Shown: one piece after another, positions 1-9,472 of the stretch
How the letters are laid out: each line of letters begins with the position of its first letter
Position numbering within the stretch: the first letter of the stretch is position 1
Translations under genes and position numbers: made by a program
Notes under the pieces: generated by a model
What the model was told of the DNA's origin: nothing
What the model saw: only the letters and a program-made list of their open reading frames with translations
Databases searched by the model: none
NCBI RefSeq assembly: GCF_048403405.1
Contig: NZ_CP183129.1
Direction: 5' to 3' (one strand)
DNA length: 64,000 nucleotides
From: Escherichia coli
GTDB lineage: Bacteria > Pseudomonadota > Gammaproteobacteria > Enterobacterales > Enterobacteriaceae

Positions 1-756
1 CAACCCGGTATACATCGCCACTTTTTCGGCAAACATCCGGTGCGCCGCATCAATCCGCTGCTGCATGTCCTGGCGAACCTCTGCCGGCAACGCTTCAAAC
101 TGATTGCCATCCACCTTGTGCGCCCCGGCATAAATCAGCGTGATATCCACACCGGCCTGCGCCAGATGACCGGCATAGCTGACATGGCTCATCATCACGC
201 CAATGGAGCCGATACGGGATGTCTGGGTAACCAGCCGTCGGGAGCAGGCCGACGCCAGCAGCATGGCTGCAGAACAGGCAGTGTCATTGCACAGTGCCCA
301 GACCGGCTTCTGCTGACGGAGGCGGTAAATCATGTCAGCGCAGTCAAACGCGCCGGCGGCCTGCCCGCCCGGACTGTCAATGTCCAGCAGTACGCCCCGC
401 ACCTGGCTATCCGCCATTGCCTGCTGAAGACAGGCGACAATGCCGTCATAGCCTGTCATTCCGGAAAATGGCCGCATACCGCCCAGCCGGTGCACCAGCG
501 TGCCGGTCACCGGCAGTACAGCAATACCGTTCACCACCCGGTAAACACGGGCCGGTCGTTTACCTCCGGCCATGTACTCGTCCGTTTCAGCCAGCATTCC
601 GGGAGCATCAAGCTGTACCTGTTGTTGTGGTACCGAAAGACTTGCTGCCCCTATCTCGCGCCCGAGCGCGCAAAAGAAAACCCGCGCATAGGCGGGCTCC
701 AGAAGCAGCGGTTCATTGAATGCTGCGGCAATAATGTGTGAAAGATTACGTCTCAC
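1..756 (-). CDS. Head maturation protease/scaffold, lambda gpC-like (S49 peptidase family); 3' end cut by window edge
   Basis: Minus frame open from GTG at 756 to position 1; my translation ...NEPLLLEPAYARVFF...GIAVLPVTGTL...QRIDAAHRMFAEKVAMYTGL matches lambda C as I recall it. Confidence 0.85.
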   Translation of the reverse strand, partial: MRRNLSHIIAAAFNEPLLLEPAYARVFFCALGREIGAASLSVPQQQVQLDAPGMLAETDEYMAGGKRPARVYRVVNGIAVLPVTGTLVHRLGGMRPFSGMTGYDGIVACLQQAMADSQVRGVLLDIDSPGGQAAGAFDCADMIYRLRQQKPVWALCNDTACSAAMLLASACSRRLVTQTSRIGSIGVMMSHVSYAGHLAQAGVDITLIYAGAHKVDGNQFEALPAEVRQDMQQRIDAAHRMFAEKVAMYTGL

Positions 757-2338
757 GTGGTGTTGTCTCCTCTTCCGGCCTGCGACTCTCCGCTATCTGC
801 TGCTGATACGCCTGCGCTATCCACACCGGACGTGAGAGTCCGGCTTTTTCCCGCTCTGCAGATTCCCTGACCTGCTGGCGGAAAATGTCCTGATAATCCT
901 CGCCCATCAGCGCCAGCTCTTTCTCATACGTGCTCAGTCCGGCCTCAATGCGCATCACTGATTCCTGAACCTCCTTGAGCCCGTCAATGGCCATTCTTCC
1001 GGCTCCAATCCACTCAGCCCGTGACCAGGCTGATCGCGCCTGATAAAAATCAAAACGTGCCCGTGGCGGACGAATAATCCCCCGAAGAAGTGCCTCTTCC
1101 AGCCAGCAGGAAAACATCTGCGTGGCCAGCCGGGACGCAATAAATTTTCGCCGCCCCATAAAATAGCGCCACGACTCATTGGCGGATGCGCGGGCACTTG
1201 AATAACTGACCTTCGAGTAATCACGGGACAACTGTTCGTAGGAAACGCCAAGACCGGCGGCGATATACCGCAGCAGCGCCTGTTCAAGCGCCGAAAATCC
1301 ATTGTCTGAATCCTGCGCGGTCTGAAGTTTCAGATCATCACCGGGGAAAAGGTGCGGAATTTTGACACCGCCCAGCGTCACGCTATTCGTGTCATACCAG
1401 GTGGAGAACTTATCCAGAATATTAATAAGCGGATTATCCTTCTGCCCCTGCGGCGCACCGGCGATATATTCAAAGGCCTTTTCGGTATCAAGGTCACTTT
1501 CAATCGTCGCTGCATACATCGCCTTCACTATGGCCGACTGAAGCTGTGTTGCCTGCAGGGAATCGAGCATCTTCAGCCGTTCCATAACGCTGTAAAACTG
1601 ATTGGCTCCACGGGTCTGCCCGTCCTCCACCGGCTCGAAAATATGCAGCATGGCCGGACGCCCGGTGGGAAGTTCACGCGGGATCCGTTCCCATCGTCCA
1701 CTCCCGGAGAACGGAAAATCATCCTCACAGATATGGTACGCGACGGCACGGCCATATCGATCGACCTCCACCCCGGCCCGCAGAAAACGGTTCCCGATAC
1801 CATGTCCTGGCGTGTCCACCCGTTTCGGACTCACGGCTTTAAAACGCGTACGAAACAGTTGCGTGCTCTCCGGATCCCAGACCGGCTGCACAAAGATTTC
1901 GCCGTTAAACGCATGAACGCCCACACCTTCACGAATAAATTCTGTAAACGTGCGTTTCCCTTCCACGTCGATCTCGCCAAACACCCCTTCTGCGTATTCT
2001 GACCAGGCCGCCTCCACCTCATCGACAAAACTTTTTGTCGCGGTCTCCCGCATCCCCAACCAGCGCCAGTTCGGGCGGTAGCTGATAAGAAACATATGCC
2101 CGACAATGTGATCCTTATGCAGGGCCACCGCATTGGCCGCTATCCCGTTATTGCGCACCAGATCATCTGCCCGGGCATTCCCCAGACGCAACGCGGGCAG
2201 CAGGGCCGCATCGGCACTCTGCGCCGGTGGCAACCACTCCGCCATTTGCCCGCCAAATCCTGCGCCGCCCCCGTTGTAGCTGAGGCTCTCCCGAAGCGGA
2301 ACGCCGTTCACATCAATCAGGACAGGCGTTCGTTTCAT
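746..2338 (-). CDS. Portal protein (lambda gpB-like)
   Basis: 530-aa ORF starting MKRTPVLIDVNGVPLRESLSYNGGGAGFGGQ; position between W and C as in lambda. Confidence 0.9.
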   Translation of the reverse strand: MKRTPVLIDVNGVPLRESLSYNGGGAGFGGQMAEWLPPAQSADAALLPALRLGNARADDLVRNNGIAANAVALHKDHIVGHMFLISYRPNWRWLGMRETATKSFVDEVEAAWSEYAEGVFGEIDVEGKRTFTEFIREGVGVHAFNGEIFVQPVWDPESTQLFRTRFKAVSPKRVDTPGHGIGNRFLRAGVEVDRYGRAVAYHICEDDFPFSGSGRWERIPRELPTGRPAMLHIFEPVEDGQTRGANQFYSVMERLKMLDSLQATQLQSAIVKAMYAATIESDLDTEKAFEYIAGAPQGQKDNPLINILDKFSTWYDTNSVTLGGVKIPHLFPGDDLKLQTAQDSDNGFSALEQALLRYIAAGLGVSYEQLSRDYSKVSYSSARASANESWRYFMGRRKFIASRLATQMFSCWLEEALLRGIIRPPRARFDFYQARSAWSRAEWIGAGRMAIDGLKEVQESVMRIEAGLSTYEKELALMGEDYQDIFRQQVRESAEREKAGLSRPVWIAQAYQQQIAESRRPEEETTPRET

Positions 2339-2541
2339 AACCTCACTCCCAGCGGACGACGGCGACGGCGGGTTGTCCCCAGTACCAACTCAGCATCATT
2401 GATCGCACGGTTAAGCTCATCCAGAGAGGCCGCCGTATATTCAATTCTTCGTCCATCTTTCTGGACAGACACCACCCGTTTACCGGTTAATAAATCAAGG
2501 CGCGCCTGACGCAGCGCCTGCAGTTCAGCGACTGTAACCAT
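2335..2541 (-). CDS. Head-tail joining protein (lambda gpW-like)
   Basis: 68-aa ORF between terminase large subunit and portal, overlapping both. Confidence 0.85.
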   Translation of the reverse strand: MVTVAELQALRQARLDLLTGKRVVSVQKDGRRIEYTAASLDELNRAINDAELVLGTTRRRRRPLGVRL

Positions 2542-4453
2542 TCACTCCTCCGGACAGCTTCGCTGCCAGTTCTTTAAGGGTTGGCCGGGTCGTCTCTTCT
2601 TCCCGGGATTTTGCCAGTACAGCCAGATCAAGCTGCCAGCGTTGCACGGACACACGTAATGCCGCGTAGGCATACACCAGGCAGTCCAGCGCTTCGTTAC
2701 GCCGCTTTTTGTTATCCCACAGCAGACGCATCTTTCCTTTTTCCCACTTCTCCACAAGCTCTTCCGCGACCAGTTGCTGCGCCTCTGTCTGCGAAAAAAT
2801 CTCCGGATCATCAGGAAAACGGATGGCATACGACGTGGCTTCATCCGCAGGCGTGGGCTCGGCTTTCATACGGGCATAGAGAATTTCTTTTGCGGTGTCC
2901 GTCCCCACTTCACACAGATAAACGCCCCGCTGATTGCGGGTTTTCGGCATGGTGATCACCGGCTTGCCATAGACAGACGCGCCTTTTACCGGCAGCACAC
3001 GGAAAACACCGTGTTTTTTTGACCTCTGGTAGACGATTTCACCATCGATCCCCCCGGTGTCCCAGCAGACACGGGAAATGGTCATTTCGGTGCCATCCGC
3101 ATGGCGGTATTTTTTGTTGATCGCCGCATCCACACGTAACAGCGTCTCTTCCTCATCAGGACGCCCCATAATGATGATTTTATCCACCAGAAAAGCTTCC
3201 TCTCCCGGTGCCCATCCCCAGACATACATCTCAAAACGGTTTCGCTGCGAGTCAATGCCCGCCGTCAGATAAACCACCCGGGCAGGCACCGCCGCCGTGT
3301 AACGCACAACCTTATCCATCAGCACCTGGTGATCGAGTTTTTCGCCCACGGCCTCTTCCCAGGTCTCGCCCAGCGTGGTGTTCACAAAGGTTTTCAGGCC
3401 GTTGGGATCTTTCAGTGCATCCAGCCAGTCATAGACTATCTGTACCCAGGTGGTGAACGGACTGTACGCTGTCCAGATATGGAACGTGATGGAGCGCGGC
3501 GGCGGAATTTCATTATCCGCGGCGCTGAAAAACGTCAGACCGTCACGGGTCCACATCCCCGTGTTTTCACAGATCCACCGCCCGTTGCTCTGGTCAAGCT
3601 CAGACTGATGGATCACGCAGCCATGATGTTCACAGAGGTAGAAAACGCTTTCGGGGCTGTCCTTCTCCCATTTAAGGCCAAAAGGCGTGGATTCATCGCC
3701 AAATTTCAGATACTGCTCCTCCCCACAGTGTGGGCAGGGCACATAAAAACGCATGAAATGCGCCGACTCGTTGGCCGCTTTTTCGATCTGGCAGGTGCCT
3801 TTGATTTTAGGCGTCGAGCCGCGAATGGATTTGGGCCATACAGAGCCCTCAATACGTTTATCCCCAAGCAGGGTTGGCGAACCCTCTTTTTCGACATCCG
3901 GTTCGAACGAGGAAAGTTCGTCATAGCAGACCACGTCCACGGATTTTTCACGGTAGTTTTTGGCGGCAGCGCCGCCCAGGCACCAGAAACCCACACCCGA
4001 TGAAAAGCGTTTCAGCGTGAGGGTATTGTCACGATGTTTACGCCCCAGCCATGGAAAAAGGTCTTTCAGACATGGCACATCCCGAATCGTCGCCTCCACG
4101 TGAGACTTCATAAAATCTTCAGCGGCAGAATCCGTGGGCTGAAAAAGCAGACTGTTTCGGGATTTATGCTCAATAAAATACCCGACCACCCCCAGCAACA
4201 TCTTTGTATAGCCAACACGGGCAGATTTAATCAGATTAACAGTCCGGATCTGATCATTCCCCATGCTGTTCATGATGGCGATCTGGAACGGCAGCGTTTT
4301 CCATTCTCCCTCACCATATGAAGATTCTTTAGGCAGATAATAATTTTGATCAGCCCATTCAACTGGCGTCACCGGCAATGCCCTTATCAGGGGCTGTAAT
4401 GCTGTTGTGACAGCACTCATCATATTATTCAGTTGTTGCTCTGATATATTCAT
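2525..4453 (-). CDS. Terminase large subunit (lambda gpA-like)
   Basis: ORF track 2525..4510; start moved to ATG at 4453 (MNISEQQL...) by similarity to lambda A N-terminus; conserved WADQNYYLPKES, KSARVGYTKMLLG motifs. Confidence 0.9.
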   Translation of the reverse strand: MNISEQQLNNMMSAVTTALQPLIRALPVTPVEWADQNYYLPKESSYGEGEWKTLPFQIAIMNSMGNDQIRTVNLIKSARVGYTKMLLGVVGYFIEHKSRNSLLFQPTDSAAEDFMKSHVEATIRDVPCLKDLFPWLGRKHRDNTLTLKRFSSGVGFWCLGGAAAKNYREKSVDVVCYDELSSFEPDVEKEGSPTLLGDKRIEGSVWPKSIRGSTPKIKGTCQIEKAANESAHFMRFYVPCPHCGEEQYLKFGDESTPFGLKWEKDSPESVFYLCEHHGCVIHQSELDQSNGRWICENTGMWTRDGLTFFSAADNEIPPPRSITFHIWTAYSPFTTWVQIVYDWLDALKDPNGLKTFVNTTLGETWEEAVGEKLDHQVLMDKVVRYTAAVPARVVYLTAGIDSQRNRFEMYVWGWAPGEEAFLVDKIIIMGRPDEEETLLRVDAAINKKYRHADGTEMTISRVCWDTGGIDGEIVYQRSKKHGVFRVLPVKGASVYGKPVITMPKTRNQRGVYLCEVGTDTAKEILYARMKAEPTPADEATSYAIRFPDDPEIFSQTEAQQLVAEELVEKWEKGKMRLLWDNKKRRNEALDCLVYAYAALRVSVQRWQLDLAVLAKSREEETTRPTLKELAAKLSGGVNGYSR

Positions 4454-4934
4454 CGAGTAAATCCGGTAATTTATCCCCCGCCCGCGCACACTGATTTGCC
4501 CCCTTCGCAATAAGGGTTTTCAGATGGTCAAGATGGCGCGGTGTTAAATCAGGAAACTGTCGCTGCATGGATAAAGGGATGGAATCAAGCGTACTGGATA
4601 ACGCCATTGCCAGCTTGCTGAGGGCAAAAATACAGAACCCGGTATCAATAAGTTTTCCTTTTGACACCTCATTTTTTAACTGCTGTGTAACAGCCTGTTC
4701 TGCTGTCAGTTCCCATCTGGCAATAAGCAATTTCTCCTCATAGTCGTCTTCGCTATCGCCATCAGGCACATCGTTTTTACTTCTTCTCAGATACGATATG
4801 TAAAAATCGCGCCAGGCATCCAGATCCAGTTGCCCTCGCTTATTCGATATCGGGGCACCCGGCAATTTCTGCAATCTGCGAAGCTGGCGATCGGTCAGAC
4901 TTAAATGCCTGGCAACTTCAGTCTGCGTAGCCAC
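4425..4934 (-). CDS. Terminase small subunit (lambda Nu1-like)
   Basis: 169-aa ORF, GTG start with upstream GAGGTGAGGA; C-terminal half resembles Nu1 (…PLSMQRQFPDL…RHLDHLK…). Confidence 0.8.
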   Translation of the reverse strand: MATQTEVARHLSLTDRQLRRLQKLPGAPISNKRGQLDLDAWRDFYISYLRRSKNDVPDGDSEDDYEEKLLIARWELTAEQAVTQQLKNEVSKGKLIDTGFCIFALSKLAMALSSTLDSIPLSMQRQFPDLTPRHLDHLKTLIAKGANQCARAGDKLPDLLDEYIRATTE

Positions 4935-5129
4935 TCCTCACCTCGCAAAAACTCTCACTTCACAATCACAACAAAACCGGTCATGTCCGGCTTACATGTC
5001 TATTTTTTGTGCATGTCCGGTTCACAGAAGACCTCTTTTTTTATTTTTCATATAGTTAACTTGAAGAGAAACCGGACATGGTTCCCGGAAAATTTTCATA
5101 AATAGCGAAAACCCGCGAGGTCGCCGCCC
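4935..5129. other. cos site: cosN cohesive end at 5118..5129 (AGGTCGCCGCCC, revcomp GGGCGGCGACCT) with cosB-like region toward Nu1
   Basis: 5101..5129 is the reverse complement of the lambda left-end sequence GGGCGGCGACCTCGCGGGTTTTCGCTATT; immediately upstream of Nu1. Confidence 0.8.
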
Positions 5130-5277
5130 CGTAACCTGTTGGATCGACGGAAAGGACCCGAAAACGAGAATAATTATCACTTACAGCAAGAATCGAATCT
5201 GATCTATTATGGTGCTTGCTATTATGTGCCGGCACAAGTGCGTCGTTTACCGTCATTTCACACAGAGGCATCATCAA

Positions 5278-5529
5278 ATGAAAATCAGAAATATTCTCGC
5301 TATCTCCCTTGCAACATCATCCTTCAGTTGCCTGGCATTTAAATCCTCGCCCAATGTGCTACCAGGACCAACGAATCAACTAACTGCGGTAGAAAGTAAA
5401 ATTATCGGACATTTTTATGCCCCACACAGTGCATTACCCGGAACAACCATCACAGGGACATGTGACGCCTCCCCCGTCCCGGGATGCACCTGTCCGTTTT
5501 GTACTATGCTGCGTAGCCAAAACCGATAA
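5278..5529 (+). CDS. Hypothetical small secreted Cys-rich protein (83 aa)
   Basis: ATG at 5278 after AGAGG; N-terminal signal-like MKIRNILAISLATSSFSCLA; CDASPVPGCTCPFC cluster; AT-rich; opposite strand to late operon. Confidence 0.3.
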   Translation: MKIRNILAISLATSSFSCLAFKSSPNVLPGPTNQLTAVESKIIGHFYAPHSALPGTTITGTCDASPVPGCTCPFCTMLRSQNR

Positions 5530-5590
5530 CATCCGCATTTACCTGGTATTACATGATGAGTTCACGCAGCGACTGATAGAGGAAGGAAAG

Positions 5591-5770
5591 ATGGTTAGTA
5601 AAAGCAAGGCGCATTGCCGCCGCATGCTGCAGGCATTGCAACAGACGAGAGCAGGTATTTTTGACCAGTTGGAAAACTGCCAGCATACTTTGCCCGAGTA
5701 TATCGCCATCTCATCGGAAACCAGTGCAACTCTTATTCATCGGGTTCCACCAGAGAAAAAGAAGAAATGA
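5591..5770 (+). CDS. Hypothetical small protein (59 aa)
   Basis: ATG at 5591 preceded by GGAAGGAAAG; no recognisable homology. Confidence 0.25.
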   Translation: MVSKSKAHCRRMLQALQQTRAGIFDQLENCQHTLPEYIAISSETSATLIHRVPPEKKKK

Positions 5771-5892
5771 ACAGTGAGGCGTTGTGTGGCATACAACGCC
5801 TTCTTCCATCATTCCTCGTCAGCCATGACAAAAATATAACCGCTGGCTCTTTCATTTTTCTCCTGCGTCCAGCCCCTCTCTACCTGGAAGCA

Positions 5893-6219
5893 TCAAGGAC
5901 GTGACGGCGTAAAGATAAATTGTCTCTTCACTCCCTGACAGGGGCGATTCTTTTCAAATCGCCATTTCGCCATGGCCTTCACCACTTCATCACGAAACAA
6001 ATTATGAGGCTCTGAGCGGAGAAAAACGATCCGTGTCACAGTCCCATCAGCACCAATATCGAACTTAACCTCAACCAGCCCCTTGATATAATTTGCTGCA
6101 GCATATTCCGGATATCGTGGATACACCGTCACTAATTGCCGGGGCTCATCAGCTTTTTGCTGCGAGCATCCCACTGCCAGGACAGATAACAGAAAAAGTA
6201 GTAAAAGGCGTCTTTTCAT
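5893..6219 (-). CDS. Lipoprotein with TonB C-terminal domain
   Basis: Start ATG 6219 after AGGAAT; lipobox LAVGC; …YPRYPEYAAANYIKGLVEVKFDIGADGTVTRIVFLRSEPHNLFRDEVVKAMAKWRFE aligns with TonB C-terminal domain. Confidence 0.75.
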   Translation of the reverse strand: MKRRLLLLFLLSVLAVGCSQQKADEPRQLVTVYPRYPEYAAANYIKGLVEVKFDIGADGTVTRIVFLRSEPHNLFRDEVVKAMAKWRFEKNRPCQGVKRQFIFTPSRP

Positions 6220-6529
6220 TTTTATTCCTACGGGTCTTATTCTGACAATATATCCTGTGTTCCAGACTGCCACATCACCACATCCTGTGCCATTATCTGA
6301 CTCACATTACATACATCGCATCGGGATACAGTAGTAGCACTTTCTGTAATACAGCTTCCTGTTTCTTCCACCATCGCACCGGGATAAACCCGCGAATCAT
6401 TAACGCGGTAAAAACCCGGTGTGCATCGTTTTTAATTATCCCCGCACACTCGCGCAGAGGAGTCTCCCTGTCGGGCTGCGGTCTCTGTTAATGAGGGAAT
6501 ATAGCGACGATACGGCGCATCAACAAAAC

Positions 6530-7003
6530 TTATTTCAGGCACTGAGTGCGGATATAGTCCTGTGCCCCTTCCAGTTGCTTGTGCATCGTCATCAGCCGCT
6601 CTCTGAGGGTGAAATAATCCCGTGTAACGGTGTCTGCCAGTTGGGGGCCGGTTGCATTATCCACGCCGGAGGTGGTGGGGGCTTCACGCACGGAGCCTGG
6701 ACAGGTGGCGTTGATCCGCAGGCGCTTACGACCAGCGGCAACGTCAGCGCGAAGAGTTTCATTTTCAGCTCTCGCATCGGCTAATTCCCTCGAGTATTTT
6801 GCATCGAGCGCAGCAACATCGCGCTGGCGCACCTGCATATCAGTAATGGTTGCGTTCGCCAGCTTCAGTTCACTGGCTTTGTTATCGCGCTGCGCTTTGT
6901 AGGTAATCGCGTTATCACGGTAATGGTCTGTTGCCATCCACAGCGCACCACAGGCCACCAGCAGAATAACGATAAACGCGGAAAGCATTCGGTTTATGTT
7001 CAC
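6530..7003 (-). CDS. Rz i-spanin
   Basis: 157 aa; [14 protein letters not shown]…DYFTLRERL…QLEG matches lambda Rz. Confidence 0.9.
   Translation of the reverse strand: MNINRMLSAFIVILLVACGALWMATDHYRDNAITYKAQRDNKASELKLANATITDMQVRQRDVAALDAKYSRELADARAENETLRADVAAGRKRLRINATCPGSVREAPTTSGVDNATGPQLADTVTRDYFTLRERLMTMHKQLEGAQDYIRTQCLK
6592..6777 (-). CDS. Rz1 o-spanin lipoprotein, embedded in Rz in +1 frame (true start probably internal MKLFALTL)
   Basis: [10 protein letters not shown] lipobox and [14 protein letters not shown] proline-rich motif as in lambda Rz1. Confidence 0.8.
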   Translation of the reverse strand: MRELKMKLFALTLPLVVSACGSTPPVQAPCVKPPPPPAWIMQPAPNWQTPLHGIISPSESG

Positions 7004-7131
7004 CCCAGCAACCCCGACGAAGACAACATCATCCAGGCCATGGAAAGAAAAAGAGCAACCAGCATTAGTGAAAATGAAATGCCGACAATTACACAGAGGA
7101 TCTTCGCCAGCGTTATGAGTTTGTCTGACAT
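7000..7131 (-). CDS. Hypothetical single-pass membrane peptide (43 aa)
   Basis: ATG 7131 preceded by AAGGGAGGA; stop overlaps Rz start (ATGA); hydrophobic core [26 protein letters not shown]. Confidence 0.45.
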   Translation of the reverse strand: MSDKLITLAKILCVIVGISFSLMLVALFLSMAWMMLSSSGLLG

Positions 7132-7145
7132 GCTTAATCCTCCCT

Positions 7146-7328
7146 TCACGATTTCAACGCAATGACCAGTTTTGCCAGCCCATACAGCATCGGGGACACA
7201 GCAACACCGACCGCCACCCACTTAATGGCAAAAGCCAGTGCTCTGCTGATGTCATCAGTTACAGGCGCTTTCAGTTCAAGGCCATTTTTCATAGTCAACC
7301 TCAACAGAATTCGTTTACACTTCGCCAT
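7146..7328 (-). CDS. Hypothetical small protein with C-terminal hydrophobic helix (60 aa; alternative start at 7292)
   Basis: ATG 7328 preceded by AAGGGAGA; ends 14 nt before next ORF; …[27 protein letters not shown]. Confidence 0.45.
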   Translation of the reverse strand: MAKCKRILLRLTMKNGLELKAPVTDDISRALAFAIKWVAVGVAVSPMLYGLAKLVIALKS

Positions 7329-7484
7329 GTTCTCCCTTGCCTTACTCAAGGTCAGAAACACAAAACCTCGCTTGGTGCCAACAAACGGGGTTTTTACTTT
7401 TATTCACTTACGTTTCGCCAGTTCGCAGGATTTCGTGTTATCCGCCCGCGTGGCCATTCCTCATTTTTCAGCAAAATATTCTGC

Positions 7485-8018
7485 TTATCTGTCGATACCC
7501 CAGCACGCCAGCGCGCTCTCCTGGTCACGACGGGATACCTGACCGTAACAGTTGTTTGAACGAATACGGCAGTCTCTGCCACCGTCCTTAATCCACCAGC
7601 GAATCGCTTCGCAGGCACCTTTTCGATCACCAGCATTAATTCGTCTGTAAAACGTCGACGGGAAACACTTACCGGGATCAATGTTGTACGGACAGAATGA
7701 CGCGATCCCCGCTTTCTGGGGTTCGGTCAGCGGCACTCTGATGTTTTTCTCCACCCACGCCAGCGCTTTATCACGCTCAATGGCGTTAACCTGGTCGCAT
7801 TTTTCCTTCGACAACTTCATGCCCGGAACGACAGGTTTGCCATCCACCATGATGGCACCACGGCAGATGGTCCAGATACCTGCACCATCACGGTATGCCG
7901 TGGTGTGGTTGCCTTCCTTTTCATCCAGAAACTGGTCGAGAATGTCAGGCGCAGGCGCACCAGCGGCAATCAGCGCCAGAACGGCAGCCGACAGGCCGTA
8001 TTTGATTTTGGTGTTCAT
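7485..8018 (-). CDS. SAR endolysin (T4-lysozyme-like, phage 21 R type)
   Basis: N-terminal hydrophobic SAR segment YGLSAAVLALIAAGAPA; E-x8-D-x5-T catalytic spacing in EGNHTTAYRDGAGIWT. Confidence 0.85.
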   Translation of the reverse strand: MNTKIKYGLSAAVLALIAAGAPAPDILDQFLDEKEGNHTTAYRDGAGIWTICRGAIMVDGKPVVPGMKLSKEKCDQVNAIERDKALAWVEKNIRVPLTEPQKAGIASFCPYNIDPGKCFPSTFYRRINAGDRKGACEAIRWWIKDGGRDCRIRSNNCYGQVSRRDQESALACWGIDR

Positions 8019-8054
8019 GGATATATTAAATATTCAGCCGCTGTCCCTGGCCCA

Positions 8055-8945
8055 CTAAATACGCACTTTAAGATAAGTCAGCCCCGGATGAAGCCAGTAA
8101 GCCGGCACTTTTTTAAAGGGTGGAGTATTAAAATCACGAAGAAGAGCCTCCCGCACAATTGCATCCTTATCAGCACCACTGGCCAGCGCTTCAATCTCAG
8201 CGGCTACCTGAAGATATCCCATGCAACGGCCAACGCGCTTCATCAGCCCCTGCTTTTTATTGTTCTTCAGGTAATCAATGGCAAATTCAATGAGCTCCTC
8301 ACTGTGCTGGTGCGATGGAGGTGTTACTTTCCCATTTTCTGAGATGGTTATTTTCCCAGCATCACCGGATACAACAAAGGATGGCCGGTTACACTCCCAT
8401 TCCGGGTCACTGAAATTATCATTATGAATACTGAAACACTCTGCGAGATTTCTGCTCATCACTTTCCGACAATAATCGTCAAACGCAGCAAACTGCTTTT
8501 CATCGCCAGAAGGCACCAATATCGACCATTTCTTATTCAGCTCAACGACGTAGCTCTCCAGTTTTTCAATACGTGATTCAACATCATCTTTTTCTGACCG
8601 CAGTGTTGACGGCGGCATCTTCAGAGAACAAGTAATTCTTCCCGGTAGCTTTCCTTTGTAGGTTATCAACATATCCTGCGCCTCTAAAATTACGGGGCGC
8701 TTTTCCGGCAACGGTTCGTTCCATTCACATAACCCGGCAGCAACATCCATGAAAAACTGCTTCGCCTGCTTTTTCGCCTCAGCTTCGTAAAACTCCAGCG
8801 TGGCACCTTCAGTACGGTCAAGACTAATCGCCACATCTGGCAACAACAGCGACGCTTGCCCGTCACCTTCCGACTTCACAGTAACAGTAACCTTATCCCC
8901 GTAATTATTTATCCCCTTAACAACCAGTTCATATTTTTTATTCAT
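8055..8945 (-). CDS. Hypothetical 296-aa protein inserted between holin and endolysin
   Basis: Long ORF, ATG 8945 four nt after holin stop with GGGGAGAG upstream; ends 36 nt before endolysin; no TM segment, no motif I recognise. Confidence 0.7.
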   Translation of the reverse strand: MNKKYELVVKGINNYGDKVTVTVKSEGDGQASLLLPDVAISLDRTEGATLEFYEAEAKKQAKQFFMDVAAGLCEWNEPLPEKRPVILEAQDMLITYKGKLPGRITCSLKMPPSTLRSEKDDVESRIEKLESYVVELNKKWSILVPSGDEKQFAAFDDYCRKVMSRNLAECFSIHNDNFSDPEWECNRPSFVVSGDAGKITISENGKVTPPSHQHSEELIEFAIDYLKNNKKQGLMKRVGRCMGYLQVAAEIEALASGADKDAIVREALLRDFNTPPFKKVPAYWLHPGLTYLKVRI

Positions 8946-8949
8946 CACT

Positions 8950-9165
8950 TTACTCTCCCCGCGCCGCCTTACGCCGGTCCTCTTTGATTTTGAAATACAG
9001 GTTAGTCAGATATGTCAGCAGCCCAAACAGCAGACTCCCCAGCACGCCTATTGCCGCCCACTGAGACGGGGAAACCCTGTCCAGCAACTGCAGGAACCAG
9101 TAGCCCGTTCCCACCGCTGACGTGGTGTATGACACACCTGTTGTGATTTTTTCCATCTGGTACAT
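8950..9165 (-). CDS. Class II holin, phage 21 S21 pinholin type, dual-start motif MYQM
   Basis: [71 protein letters not shown] matches S21 as I recall it; two Met three codons apart. Confidence 0.85.
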   Translation of the reverse strand: MYQMEKITTGVSYTTSAVGTGYWFLQLLDRVSPSQWAAIGVLGSLLFGLLTYLTNLYFKIKEDRRKAARGE

Positions 9166-9198
9166 ACCCCGTCTCCCGTTATCCGGAAGCTGACAACA

Positions 9199-9229
9199 AT
9201 AAAAAAGCCACCAGTTAAGTACTGATGGC
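9199..9229 (-). terminator. Hairpin plus U-run upstream of holin (Q-dependent read-through terminator candidate)
   Basis: GCCAUCAGU / ACUGGUGGC stem (one G-U) followed by UUUUUU on minus strand. Confidence 0.4.
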
Positions 9230-9472
9230 TCTGATAACTCATGCAGGCGTCTCAGACGCCCCACTGACACTACCGGTGAGTTTAACGATACCTTCCATTT
9301 GACTGGCTCACTTTTTATGATGATGCCGGTGCATTTATCTCCAGCACCAGACTTTCTATCTCAACGCCATACGTTGCATTTTTGGTAATATCCGTCAGCG
9401 TCAGTGCATTTAGTCCCACTGCCAGACCGTCTTTTATGGCCTGGAATGCCGGGCCAGTACGATGACGTAGTA

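Noticed and set aside
1352-2002. 216-aa plus-strand ORF and other antisense ORFs inside portal and terminase genes (for example 3329..4003, 1602..1916)
   Set aside because: Lie entirely antisense to well-supported phage structural genes; typical chance ORFs in GC-rich coding sequence
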